A stretch of DNA of 51,785 bases, taken from Dimargaris cristalligena. Taxonomy: Eukaryota. The stretch's first letter is position 1. Each line of letters begins with the position of its first letter. Below, in pieces: positions 1-13,606 of this stretch. The DNA lies in NCBI GenBank assembly GCA_003614675.1, contig ML002272.1:1-51785 (forward strand), read 5' to 3'. A program made the position numbers and the translations under genes. Below the pieces are notes generated by a model, which made no database searches, was not told the origin of the DNA, and saw only the letters and a program-made list of their open reading frames with translations.

Positions 1-1
1 A

Positions 2-343
2 ATCGAACGGGTCTACGTGTGCAATTACGAAGGGTGCACCAAGGGGTACGGTACCCTTAACCATCTTAACTCCCACATCTCTATGCAAAACCACGGCCCG
101 AAGCGACAGCCACATGAGTTCAAGGAAATTCGTGAAGAGTTGCGCAGAGCCAAGTCCACCCACCAACCGCCTTCAACGGACTCGCCGAGTGCTAGCATGA
201 GTCCCCCCACCCTATCCCTATCGCTGCCCGGCTCAACCCTGGGCCATCGACTCTCCGATCCAAACACCCCCATGCTCACCCAGTCTCGACAGTCGAGTCC
301 CGAGGAGACCCCGGTAACGTCCCCCGAAGGCACATCGCCGTGA
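2..343 (+). CDS. C2H2 zinc-finger transcription factor, Con7-like (5'-truncated by the window edge)
   Basis: Open frame from base 2 reads IERVYVCNYEGCTKGYGTLNHLNSHISMQNHGPKRQPHEFKEIR. This resembles the Con7-type motif (CxxxxC..YGTLNHLNxH...HGxKRxPxEFKEIR). An S/P/T-rich tail follows, ending at TGA 343. Confidence 0.8.
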   Translation: MERVYVCNYEGCTKGYGTLNHLNSHISMQNHGPKRQPHEFKEIREELRRAKSTHQPPSTDSPSASMSPPTLSLSLPGSTLGHRLSDPNTPMLTQSRQSSPEETPVTSPEGTSP

Positions 344-1599
344 GGGTTAGCCAAACACCACGGCCCCGGCTGTCCCCTTTACAAGCGTCCTACCCATGTA
401 CCATACGTCACTTATCATTATGTCCACCACCTACATTCGGCCCCCGGGCCCTTTCATCCTCCATCATTTTCTGAATCGTAATTATCCTGTCCGTCCGCTT
501 TTATTCAACTATGGCGATTTATCGCAAACCTTGCTATTATGTACCACCTGCATTAATCGACATTCACAGCCCGCTGGGAAATAAACGGCCACCGTTCTTT
601 TTAACTGCACATTCCCTTGAACGCCCGATGTTTAACCCCGTTGGCCACAAGTTAAATGGAGTGGACCAAAGTAATAGCGGATAATACTTGTTTGTTTGTT
701 TTTCAATTACAGCAGCGACGTCGGGAATTTGGAGAAGTCCGTTAAAAATGCATCGCCAACACTACTGGGGACGCCCGTGAAAAAGAATTGGCTGGGAAAG
801 AGTTGGAAAAGGGCAGCGACAATTATTTTTCCGGACGCTTTATTTTTAATTAATGAAATCAAACTAGAAGTTCGAGTGAAACCGGGTCTATCGGAATTTG
901 TCGTGGTAAATGGGTTTCGAGTATGTGAACACATAAAACTGGCCCAAAAAGGGAAAGCGGGGTACGCCAAATAGCGCCGATCATAAGCGACGGCTACTGG
1001 GCCTGTAGAGCCTACTTTGCACCGATTGCCAAGCATATCAATAAATGGGCATTTACAATATCATTAATCCGGCTAGGCCGCAGCCCCTTCTCAAAGAATT
1101 AGAAGCCGGAGCTACAGTGGTCTTTGATTTACGCTGGGTGACAACTATTGGCAGGGCGAATCTACCTTTCGACGACCACACTAGAAACAGCGAGGATTGG
1201 TAGCACCTAGGGGGTTAGTTAGCGAAGAAACCTGAAACCACCTAAACATTGAACCACGAATTGGAAATGAACATGTAACTACTATATCGTGTGTTTATGT
1301 GTGTGAGCATCAGAGTAAACCAAAAGACTTGCACCGTACAATACAATAAATTGTTTAAGTTCGGCATAACAATTTACGACACTAGAAATTCTCCAAAAAT
1401 ATACAAGATGCAATTGTTTGAAATTATTTTATTATTGATAATCGAAATATACAGACACGGGCGGTCTACAATGAAAAGCGGAAGACGTCATAAAGGAAAG
1501 TCGACACTGATGACTTCGGTATTATGAAGATAAGAGAATGCATGGTACAGGATATATAGGAAATAGTATAGGTGTGCGCTAAATAGGATAACGGTGGGC

Positions 1600-3887
<2,288 letters not shown>

Positions 3888-4166
3888 ATTGCCCTTTAAT
3901 TAATTATAATCTGCACGCTGTTAGGAGGGGCCTGCAATTTTTCGGAAACTAAGTTTTTTTAATGCTGTACATTATTCACAATAGTATTCAATAAAGATCA
4001 AATAACAATTAAACGACTGATTCGCCCCTTCTGGCTCTTAGTAAAAGTGTTTTTGTACGTAGGTTCGCCGGTCGTTTTAATATAATAGTCTAGCGGCAAC
4101 CGGTGCTGGTGTGTTATTGGTGGAATAACACGCATAATTCATTTATAAGTTGAAGGGTTGGCTTTC

Positions 4167-4189
4167 ATTATTATTATTATTATTATTAT
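4167..4189. repeat. (ATT)7 microsatellite
   Basis: Read directly, just 3' of the minus-strand small gene. Confidence 0.9.
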
Positions 4190-4195
4190 CTGATT

Positions 4196-4634
4196 CTAGG
4201 CCAACGCATTAAATTTCCCGATTTGTTGGTGGAGTTGCTGCACCCCTTGTTCCAGCACCAGTGTTTTCTCACTTAACTGGCGGGTCTCCTCTTTTAATTG
4301 GGTGGTTTTCACTCGCTGTGTCTCTAGCACTTGGCGTATCTTACGTAATTCTTGCAGGTTGTAGGCGACCTGGGCCCGGAGGTTGCGGCTGTTCGGGTCA
4401 GACATTCGCCTACGGCCAGTCGCGCGGGTGGTGGGGATTTGGCCACGCTCCTAGTGAGAAGAGCCACCAGGTTGGGTGTGTATGAAACAGACATGGTCGC
4501 GAGTGAGAAGGAAGTGGTAGCCCAGGTTGGTTATTATTCACTCCTTAATATGAGTACACAATGTGGGAGACTCTCTAATGGGGATGGTTAGCGTTACACA
4601 GTACTAAACTTACGCTGTCGAGTGAGCCCAGCAT
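4196..4634 (-). CDS. Small coiled-coil protein (~91 aa, 2 exons: 4634-4614, 4450-4196); weak SCOC/Slo1-like resemblance
   Basis: ATG CTG GGC TCA CTC GAC AGC|GTAAGT donor at 4613 and CTCACTAG| acceptor at 4451 join in phase 0 into the 4196..4405 ORF. Clear heptad pattern: LQELRKIRQVLETQRVKTTQLKEETRQLSEKTLVLEQGVQQL. Confidence 0.6.
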
Positions 4635-6068
4635 CTGGACTGAAGAGCGCGAGTAGGTGGGGTGAGGGGTAAAGGGGTTGAACAGCCGGGGCCTAGGGTA
4701 GTGGTAAAACCTGAGGGGTTGCTAGACCAAAAGGGTTAGAAAAACTGGGTGGTACTGTGATGCCAAATGAAACAAGGTATAGATGGATAATGGATGGACT
4801 CGGGCTACGCTAGGAAGACATTAAATGTCCAAAGGCCAGGACGGGTAGGTGACACCTGTTGGTGGTGGTTATGGTTATAGCCGCCCCTTCCCTAACCCTA
4901 AAGCCACCTGTGCAGTCCAATTGGGTAGGAGGGAGAGAGTGAATGGGTCCGATTAATTCACCATAATTGCTGGAATATTGGAAAGATTCGCCGCCAGTAG
5001 ACTAGAGGCATAAACAAAAACACCCGCCCAGTAAGAGTGTTGGGGGGGGAGTTTCACCCCAATATCCATCCACTAAGTGAGGCTATGTTTCTTTAGCGCC
5101 AAAAAGGGAGGGAGGTGGATTCCGCCGATAGGCACACCAGCAGCCTTTTCTCTCCCCCCTATATTCCTCCTACAACTGCGCCTCGCCCCTGTAGCCCTCC
5201 TACTGCATAACTATCAGGGAGGCCAGGAACCCAAGAATTTCTTGACGATACATCTGGTCAATCTGGTCACTGGCGGCCAGAAGAGAGGTATCGTGTATTA
5301 CTTCGTTATGGCCTGGACTGGGGTTAGCATTTCGGGTATTGGTGGGTTGGCTGGATAAGCCGCTTCGGGTATTGTAGGGTGGTTGTCATATTATCACCAT
5401 ATATATTATCTACTGGGAAAGGCTGTAACTACTTTATACACCGCTAGGTTCTCCAAGTTTTTATTGGATAGTATTAGCGATTTGGTTAGGGCTGAAATTA
5501 GCGGAGGAACAACCAGTGACAGGAAGGAGAGCGGATTTCCCGTACAGTCAACCATTCACTCCGTTTGGGTGAAAATCATGGACTATTTCCATACTCCTAT
5601 TATTCTGGTGGGCGAATGAGAGGGCCACGGTACTGTGTTAATGGCCGGTGGTGTATAGCAACATCTCGCTCGCTGGGCGGGGGGAGCTTCCTTATGGCGG
5701 ATTTCACAGATGGCTTCAGCTGAGCAGGTGAAATAAAGCCAGTGACCGCGGTCACTAATACGACTAGTCATTACTAAGGTGGGTTTATTGGGGAAGCAAT
5801 ATAAGGGATATTTAAGGTCAGTGGAAAGTGGAGAGGTAGGAGAGGAATATGTCTAACATAAAGAGACTAAAGGTATGCCTATATAGCAGGAATATCTTTT
5901 ACCGTAACAAATACATATGGGGAATAAATGATAAAAAGTGAGAAGGGTGTGTCGCACCCATTCATCTCATGAGCAATAGGTGGAACAAGCAAGGTTGGAG
6001 GAGTAAGGCGTGTAACTCGAGAGCCGGGATAGAAACTAGGCTTTCGGAGTATTCGGAGCAGCAGTGGT

Positions 6069-6599
6069 TTAGAGGTGCATTAGGGCAACAATCACGGATA
6101 GCGCGGTGGCGGACAACGTCAACTGCATGGCGGAAGCGGAGGAGGAGTCCGTGGTGGCTTCCTTCTTCTCCGGAGCACTGACGTGAACATCGGCACACTG
6201 GAATAGCGGTTTATCCTGAAGGGACAAGTCAGTTCGGAAGAAGGTGGCCTGGACAGTACCGTTACTGGCGGTTGTCACGGCCTTTTCAAAGTTGACGGTG
6301 GAGGATACGGTGGTGTCGTTGCCGGACACGGTGACGTTGGCGACGGGAGTCCAGCTGGTGCTATTGTCGCCGTTGGGCAGGAAGAACACGCCAATAATAC
6401 CCTGTTGGGAGCCCGGCACGGTGAACTTGAAAGTATCCTGGTTCTTGACGGTAGTGAAGTTGGTGGCCTGGTTGAAGCCACCACAGGGACCGAACTGGGC
6501 CTGGTTGGCGTCAAAGCCACGCGAAGGCGGGCTGGTCAGGGTGAAGTTATCGGCGGCGGCAGCGCCGGCGACCAGAGCCAACAGGCAGAGAAGCTTCAT
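6069..6599 (-). CDS. Secreted, probably GPI-anchored BIM1/X325 (LPMO-like) family protein, 176 aa
   Basis: Signal peptide MKLLCLLALVAGAAAA. FTLTSPPSRGFD...GPCGG and LFQCADV motifs typical of BIM1-like domains. Several NxS/T sites, and a Ser-rich omega region followed by a hydrophobic C-terminus. Confidence 0.8.
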   Translation of the reverse strand: MKLLCLLALVAGAAAADNFTLTSPPSRGFDANQAQFGPCGGFNQATNFTTVKNQDTFKFTVPGSQQGIIGVFFLPNGDNSTSWTPVANVTVSGNDTTVSSTVNFEKAVTTASNGTVQATFFRTDLSLQDKPLFQCADVHVSAPEKKEATTDSSSASAMQLTLSATALSVIVALMHL

Positions 6600-8831
6600 G
6601 ACAACGGAGTAGGGGGGTTAGAGGGCTGGAAAAGGGGAGGTACAAGGATACTGTAGAGGTTAACCAAGGAGAGGGAAGGGGGTATATATGTGTGGTGGAC
6701 CAGCCTACGTAGTGGGAAAAGAAGAGGGTATTTAAATAATGAACAATAGGGGGATATGATGATAATAGAAATAATAAAAGGGCATCAGCGACATTAAAAG
6801 CAGTTTGGGCTGGGAGGGAGGGTGGGCTGCGTCGTAGCTTTATAATAAGAGAACAAAAGGGGGCTATTTTAGGCCCTTCCGAACAATAGAGCAGCAGGGT
6901 CAACGGTTAAGGCAACCAATGCCGTCAGGGGCATTGGGGCGCGCAGTGGGAGTGTGATTTGTCACCCACCACTGCTTTCCGCCGTTCTGATTCAAGTGGG
7001 TTCGTTGGAAATCCTTGCATTGGAATCCCCTATTCATCTGCAAGAGGCTACAGCTGGTGGAAAATACTACTACACTTTTCTTTACTTTCCAAGGCACCCC
7101 AAACAGCCCCATTACTAGGGAGTGGCACCATGGTGGTTAGTTGGCGACCCGCTCCTCCCTACCTGCATACCTTTTAGTGCCCTCTTCCTTAAGCTGCGCG
7201 GTATGGGTGTGGGGGGGGGGGGGGTCCCTCAACATCTTTACCTACATATGGTATACCTCTGCCGATTTAACCGGTGCGCTCGTTCAATGCCGCCGCTGTG
7301 GATCGGGCACCCTGTCACTATTGGTCTTACGGTGGGGGACGAGCCAGGTCGGGTCTGGCCAGTGCCCCCCCCCGTCCTGGCCGGGTGCCTGAGCAAGTAG
7401 TTACCCTCCCATATCCCTGCGAATACGCACTAACTGGGAGACCTATGGCCGCGGCTGCAGTGCAAACCAAATCTGCCCAACTGCCGTAACTGAATATTAT
7501 TCATTCATTCCACAGCCACCTCGCCGACAAGGCCCAATAACATCCGTTACGGCTGCATACGAGGGGAGGCTCTCTCTCATGGGACATGTCCAATAATAGC
7601 CGTGGGCCACCTATAGAGCACTCTGCAGAGGGTCGTAAACTAGGCGATGATCAGCGAATCTAAATATATAGATTACAACCCACGCTCTGGCATTTGGAAC
7701 ACGACGGGCTTTGGATGCGCCCTCGTTGAGCCAAGGGTTCCCCAGCAATAACCTCCGTAGGTGCTGTATGCCACCACCACTGCATCGTGGATCTGATGGA
7801 AATTGATGAATATTGATTTAATAATAAATTGCTCTATACTTACAATACACATGGCCTTCAGTTTGTGTGGGTGGGTGGCCAGATTGATGGGTGTGATTGG
7901 TGATAATCGGCGCACCGCGTGCCTACGTAGGTTCCGAGGCCTGGGTATGGGATTTATCACGTGACACGGGTCAGTTCTAATAGGCTCCCCAAAGTTCTAG
8001 GTGGGGAGGGATTGGCCCTTTTGCGGGGGTTTGGAAAAGGTTCTTTTTGCCTAAAACTCAAGCTAAAATGGTCAAGGTCAATAACCCCTCCTACCCATAT
8101 TGGCTAGGCAAACTCGAAAAAAAGCCTCTAGTAGTAAAATAATATACACCACCGCAATTATGGAATCGGCAGCAGTCGTAATTGATTACTACTGAGGCCC
8201 ATTCTATTCTATAGTATACCCATTGTCATTATAAAATGCAATTAAACATTGTAGCTAATTTGGGGCATTTGTACTTACTTACTTGTATACAGTTTAGTGG
8301 AGTTAAGGGGGTCGCGGGGAAGATATCGTAGTACCGGGTAAAAGGCCACATGCACTTGAAAGGGCATATCTTTGTACTTCCGAGAGCCTTAGGGTTAGTT
8401 AAATAGGCCATTACCCTAACCACCACGCAAATAGAAGGAGGCGAGCGCCAGGAATAATACGGCCCTCTCTCTACCCTCTAAACTAGGCGAACTCTCCATG
8501 TACTCTGCCACTTAGCCTCTCTCATCTCTCTTTGGCAGCCTTGACAGCAGCAACCGAAAAACCCTTTGTTCAGTAGGCCGATTTGGCCTTTTTCCCGGCG
8601 CTGCAGCCCCCCTTCTTTCACATCCAACCTTCTCTAGTCCTCTTGGCTGCTCTACTTTTACCACTGATATTTATCTACCTATCTTTTTTTTCTCGTCATT
8701 GGGTCTGTTTTTTTGGGCTTTCTTACTTACCGTCTCCATCTCGCTCTAGCCAACAGCCCATCCCTCGGGCTCGTCCATTTATATCCCTACCAACTGCCAG
8801 AGTCCTAATCTTAGTGCCGAGTCCTCACATC

Positions 8832-9014
8832 ATGCCCGAGAACAGCATTGCTCGTGTTTACGCCGACGTCAACGAGAATCTCCCTCGGGAGTACTGGGAT
8901 TACGACGAATTGCAGGTCACATGGGGGTAAGTATAATCCACCGCCCGTTTCCTCCTCAAAACGAAGTAGATTCCGCTCGTTGAAGTTCCATTATTCCCCA
9001 CCCCCATTACATGC

Positions 9015-9045
<31 letters not shown>

Positions 9046-10041
9046 ACATTCCCTGCTAACAAATGCCTCTTTCAAACCTCTTTACCTCCTCATGTTACTT
9101 TGCCATTCCGCTCTTCCCCTTCCAGTAACCAGGACAGCTACGAAATCATCCGGAAAATCGGCCGGGGCAAGTACTCCGAGGTATTCGAGGGCATCGACGT
9201 CTCCGAGAATAAGAAGTGTGTCATCAAGGTCCTCAAGCCCGTTAAGAAGAAGAAAATCCGCCGCGAGATTAAGATTCTACAGAACCTACGGGGCGGCCCC
9301 AACATTGTCCAGCTCTTCAACGTCGTCCGCGACCCCGAATCCAAGACCCCCGCCCTGATATCTGAGTACATCAACAACACCGACTTCAAGGTGCTATACC
9401 CTATGCTTACCGACTATGATGTGCGTTTCTACATTCTCGAGCTCCTCAAGGCCCTCGAGTTCTGCCACTCCAAGGGCATCATGCACCGAGACGTTAAACC
9501 CCACAATGTCATGATTGATCACCAACAACGCAAACTGCGTCTCATCGACTGGGGCTTAGCCGAGTTTTACCACCCCGGTACGGAATATAACGTCCGTGTC
9601 GCCTCGCGGTACTTCAAGGGCCCCGAGCTGCTAGTCGACTTCCAAATGTACGACTACTCCCTCGACCTGTGGAGTCTGGGCTGCATGTTCGCCAGTATGA
9701 TTTTCCGCAAGGAGCCCTTCTTCCACGGTCAGGATAACTACGACCAGCTCGTTAAGATCGCCCAGGTTCTGGGAACCGATGACCTGTTCGCCTACCTCAA
9801 CAAATATAACATTACGCTGCGCAAGGAGTACAATGGTATCCTAGGCTTTTACCCCCGCAAACCATGGGTCAAATTCGTCACCATCGAGAACTCCCGCTTC
9901 GTTACCCCAGAAGCCATTGATTTCCTCGATCGCCTGCTCAAGTACGACCACCAGCTTCGCCCCACCTGTCAGGAGGCCATGCAGCACCCCTATTTTGACC
10001 CCGTCAAGGCCAAGGAGCCATCGGAGTCGCCCGAGGCCTAA
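8832..10041 (+). CDS. CKA1: Casein kinase II catalytic subunit alpha (exons 8832-8926, 9126-10041; 336 aa)
   Basis: [63 protein letters not shown]. The GTAAGT..CAG intron 8927-9125 restores WGNQD. Confidence 0.97.
9015..9041. repeat. (AT)n microsatellite in the CK2 intron
   Basis: Read directly. Confidence 0.95.
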
Positions 10042-11085
10042 TCCTTGGTGGTGTGTTTGCTGGTACTCCTCCCTCGGTCTTTGCGCGCTTTTGGCAAGAA
10101 CCCTCTTTTACTCGCTCGGCTACCGATCTCATCCCAACCCAACCCGTTCACGAGTATAACTTACCATCATATCCCCCCGGTCTCCGGTCGTTAATCTCCC
10201 TCCCATGAGATTGTTCTACGGCGTTTTCTCTTGCGTCCATTCCCTTTATTTCTTACCCATCTATTTTACCAATTACACCAGTCACCTAGTGTCCTCCGCC
10301 GTGTGGGCTTCTGTTACTTGATCACCCCCCTCTGTCTCCTCCACTCTACCCCTTCTACCGCCTCCATCTTGTAACCACGCATTGTTTTAAAATACTTATC
10401 AATTAGTCGCCTATAATTTTATATTGTTTTGAATGGGCTGTTGGGGAGCTACAATGCTACTACATATCCTATAAATCCTATAAACTTAGGTACCGTACTA
10501 ACAGAGGCCACATTCGACCCTCGATAGTTGCAGGCCTTGGGGGTATGGATCTCGCCGTCGTGTACTGAGTGGCCACATGAGAGATGTCTTCTTTGGAAGC
10601 TAAAGAATCGGTGCTTTATAATATTTTGTTGAGCGTTGAACAGTTGAATCTGGGCCAGTCTTTTCACCAGGCCCTTCCTTGGAAGGTGGGGGTGACTGGT
10701 TTGATTTTAAGGTAGGGATGGTTTAGATACGCATATGGGAGAAGTTCATCCAAGCTGTATAACGAAAAATCCATTGGATGGGGCCAACATTACTGGTTAA
10801 AATGGTTACTCCCGCATACTATCCCATACACAAATCATGTAAAACTATATATAGCTGGCTTGAATTTCACCCATATTAATGGATGCAGTTGTTAAGTCAA
10901 CAACCTACCACCGGCCCAATGGGGGTGCTGCGTTCTTTTTCTGAGCATTTTTGCGAGGCTGTTTTGTTTAGCCGAGCCATATTTTTTTTTCAGACTCTTA
11001 CAATTTCAGCCCTCTCTCTATCTCTCTTTACTTAACTTTAACCAATGCATGTCACTATTTAGCCATTTCCCCATTTCGCCTTCAA

Positions 11086-12033
11086 ATGAGCCTGTCCCAA
11101 CCCAAAGCACCCTCCAAGGGTCCGTCAATAGCCTTCCCAGACGACATTTCCCAGCGACTTACCTGCCCGGAATGCAACTCCGAGCTGGGGCTGTACCAAG
11201 TTCATTTCAACTGCCAGGTCAAAATTTGCCCCAATACTAATGTAAGTAGGGAGGAGGGGATTGCCCTTTCTCCACTTGAGTAGTGGTGGCCATTGCTATA
11301 GTATCGCATCGTTTCTTATCCTGGCTCTCTACGCCTCGGTTTAAGTCATATGCCACCTCCACACCCTTAACGGCAATTTGGATATCTTACCCTAGCGCTC
11401 TCTCTCTCTCCTCTTCTACCCCAACGAACCCAGTGCACTTACCCCTTTAGTGACCCCGCCTTCGACCGCCACATTGGAACCAATCCCGCCAGCCCCGTCC
11501 CACCCCCGTCTAAAAAAGCCCCCAAGAAGCCCCCAGGTAAACAACCTCCCGTAGTTCCTGTAGTAGTTGCCCCATTACCCCGCCCCCCTTCTTCTTCACC
11601 ATTGAAGGAGACGGTGGGGCCGCTGCCTTCTCCCCCGAATCAATGGGAGGGTGGTGGTGACATTAATTCCAGCCTTCCTACAGAGGCGGCTACTTCTATT
11701 CCGGCCGCATGGCCGGATTTGGACCTTAGTAGTTTGCCCTGTGCGGTTGATACGGCGCACATGAACCTTTCGTCTGACTTTTTATCCACCAATGTCTCCT
11801 ACTTTCCATCCGAACTCACCGACTCCGCGTCCACCAGTAATCAGACCAGCTCCGGACTAGCCGAGCTCTCGCTGGACCCTTTCCCTGTCGATATCCAAAT
11901 GTCCCTGGATGCCGCATTGAATGAACTCAACTTCCCCGACGTGGCCCTGGACCAGCTTACCGATCTTATCGACATGGACCAGTTGGATCCCTCGATATTG
12001 GTGGACTTCTCACTCGACGGACTCTACCCGTAG
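11086..12033 (+). CDS. Hypothetical protein with N-terminal Cys4 zinc knuckle (CPEC-x17-CPNTNCTYPF), Pro/Lys linker and acidic C-terminus (exons 11086-11241, 11434-12033; ~251 aa)
   Basis: GTAAGT donor at 11242 and CAG acceptor at 11433 join two ORFs in phase 0 and complete the Cys cluster across the junction. Confidence 0.75.
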
Positions 12034-12644
12034 TCCTTACACCCGGCTTCGCACCGCCGCAGGGGGACTATCCGTCGCCGGAGGGCGATTGCACCGCCAT
12101 TTAGAGGGTTAGTATCAGGGCCTAACCAAATTCCCCGGCTCCTCTAAGGACTGGTCCGAGCTGTCGACTACTCTGCTTTCTAATAGTGCTATTCTCCCGG
12201 TGGTCATCGCCCCCGGTTCACTCCTATCTCCAACTGCCGTACACATACCCTTTTGTGGGCTATGGCTTCGTTCACATTTTGCTTTAGATTATGCATTCCC
12301 ATTTCCGAACATTTACACCTCTGGGGTTGGTATGAAAACCCCGAGCCGTACCGGTTTGTACTCAAACTCGTCTGACAGCGGGCTATAATAAATAGTTCGA
12401 ACCAAATTCCTACTCTAACGAAAAAGTCGCATCATATAATTGCGCCCTGGACCTTTGGTATATCACGTTGTGGTCGGAGTGGGTCGCGGTAGCTTCACTG
12501 CGATGTTTAGCCTTACGGGGTCGATCGTGCATCAATGTTGCACTCCGCGGCTTTTAATTCGGAATCTCTAATGTAGTGAACGTAGAGGACCCTCGCGGTG
12601 GCTTGGGGCGCTTAGTTTAGTAGATCCATTAGAGCCAAGTAACT

Positions 12645-12698
12645 GTTCCACCTACCGGCCTTCACGTTCCACCTACCAGCCTTCACGTTTCACCTACC
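12645..12698. repeat. 21-bp tandem repeat, ~2.6 copies (GTTCCACCTACC[G/A]GCCTTCAC)
   Basis: Units at 12645-12665 and 12666-12686, partial unit at 12687-12698. Confidence 0.9.
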
Positions 12699-13336
12699 CT
12701 ATTAAGTAAAGTGTAATTAGAGAGGGGGCTATAAGGCCTCGCTGAACCTCCACGGAAATCTGATAGCGCCTTGGGAACGGGATTTTGTTGACCTATTTAA
12801 TGGCGCGTTTCCTAGCAAAATAGCAGTGATACATGCTAGTGACAATGCAGTGGACCCAGACCTGCAGCCCACTATATATAAGGCGGTCAGTGGTGAGGCT
12901 AATACAGACAAGTAGGATTAGTCAGAGACTGGCTAGTCGCTTTGTTGGTCGAACCATACGACCCCTTCACTGTATGTTTGATTGTATGCCATTATCTAAG
13001 AAAAGGGGTGTCGGTCGTTAAGATATAGGTGACCGGACACGGTATACATCTCTAGGGTTGCGTAGCGCCATTCCGCAAGTCAGCTATCCTTTCCACCTCC
13101 GCTGCACCTGTAAAGTATCTATAGCACACATGGGTTACCCGTACACTACAACTACTGTCGACTGGGCTCAAGGTCGCTGCTTGCGAGGGTCTTAGCCGCC
13201 TGAACGACGTACGGCCACTGGCCATTTCAAAAAAGGCCGAAGTGGAATGCCCTCAGACGAAAAAGTCAATGGGGATTAATATTGGGTCTATGCGCATAAA
13301 GCAACAAGTCCCCTGGGTTTTGCCTAGGTTGTGTCA

Positions 13337-13381
13337 AGAGAGAGAGAGAGAGAGAGAAAGTGAGAGTGAGAGTGAGAGTGA
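13337..13381. repeat. Compound (AG)n/(GAGAGT)n microsatellite upstream of the RanBP9-like gene
   Basis: Read directly. Confidence 0.9.
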
Positions 13382-13606
13382 AAGGGTTTCCCCATCCCAG
13401 TCGGCCCTATTTCCTACTCACTATCTTGACTCATCTCTCCAACTGTTGTGGCATTCCTTCTGACTTTGTCTCGTTTCCCTTACCCTTCCCGTCTTTGTTA
13501 TAAACCTACTACATACAGTGAGTAGTGCCCTTTAGCACGATTCTTCCTCACCTCTCGCGTCTTCCATCTTCCCTTTCCCTTTTTCTCTGCCTCGCCTCCG
13601 TTGGCC

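Noticed and set aside
7211-7373. G14 and C9 homopolymers that could pair
   Set aside because: There is no extended complementarity around them; they are simple homopolymer runs.
12536-12550. TTGCACTCCG resembling U1 snRNA loop II
   Set aside because: There is no upstream ATACTTACCTG 5' end, no flanking stem and no properly placed Sm site.
12645-12698. CRISPR-like repeat
   Set aside because: The units are directly adjacent with no spacers, there are no cas genes, and the context is eukaryotic.
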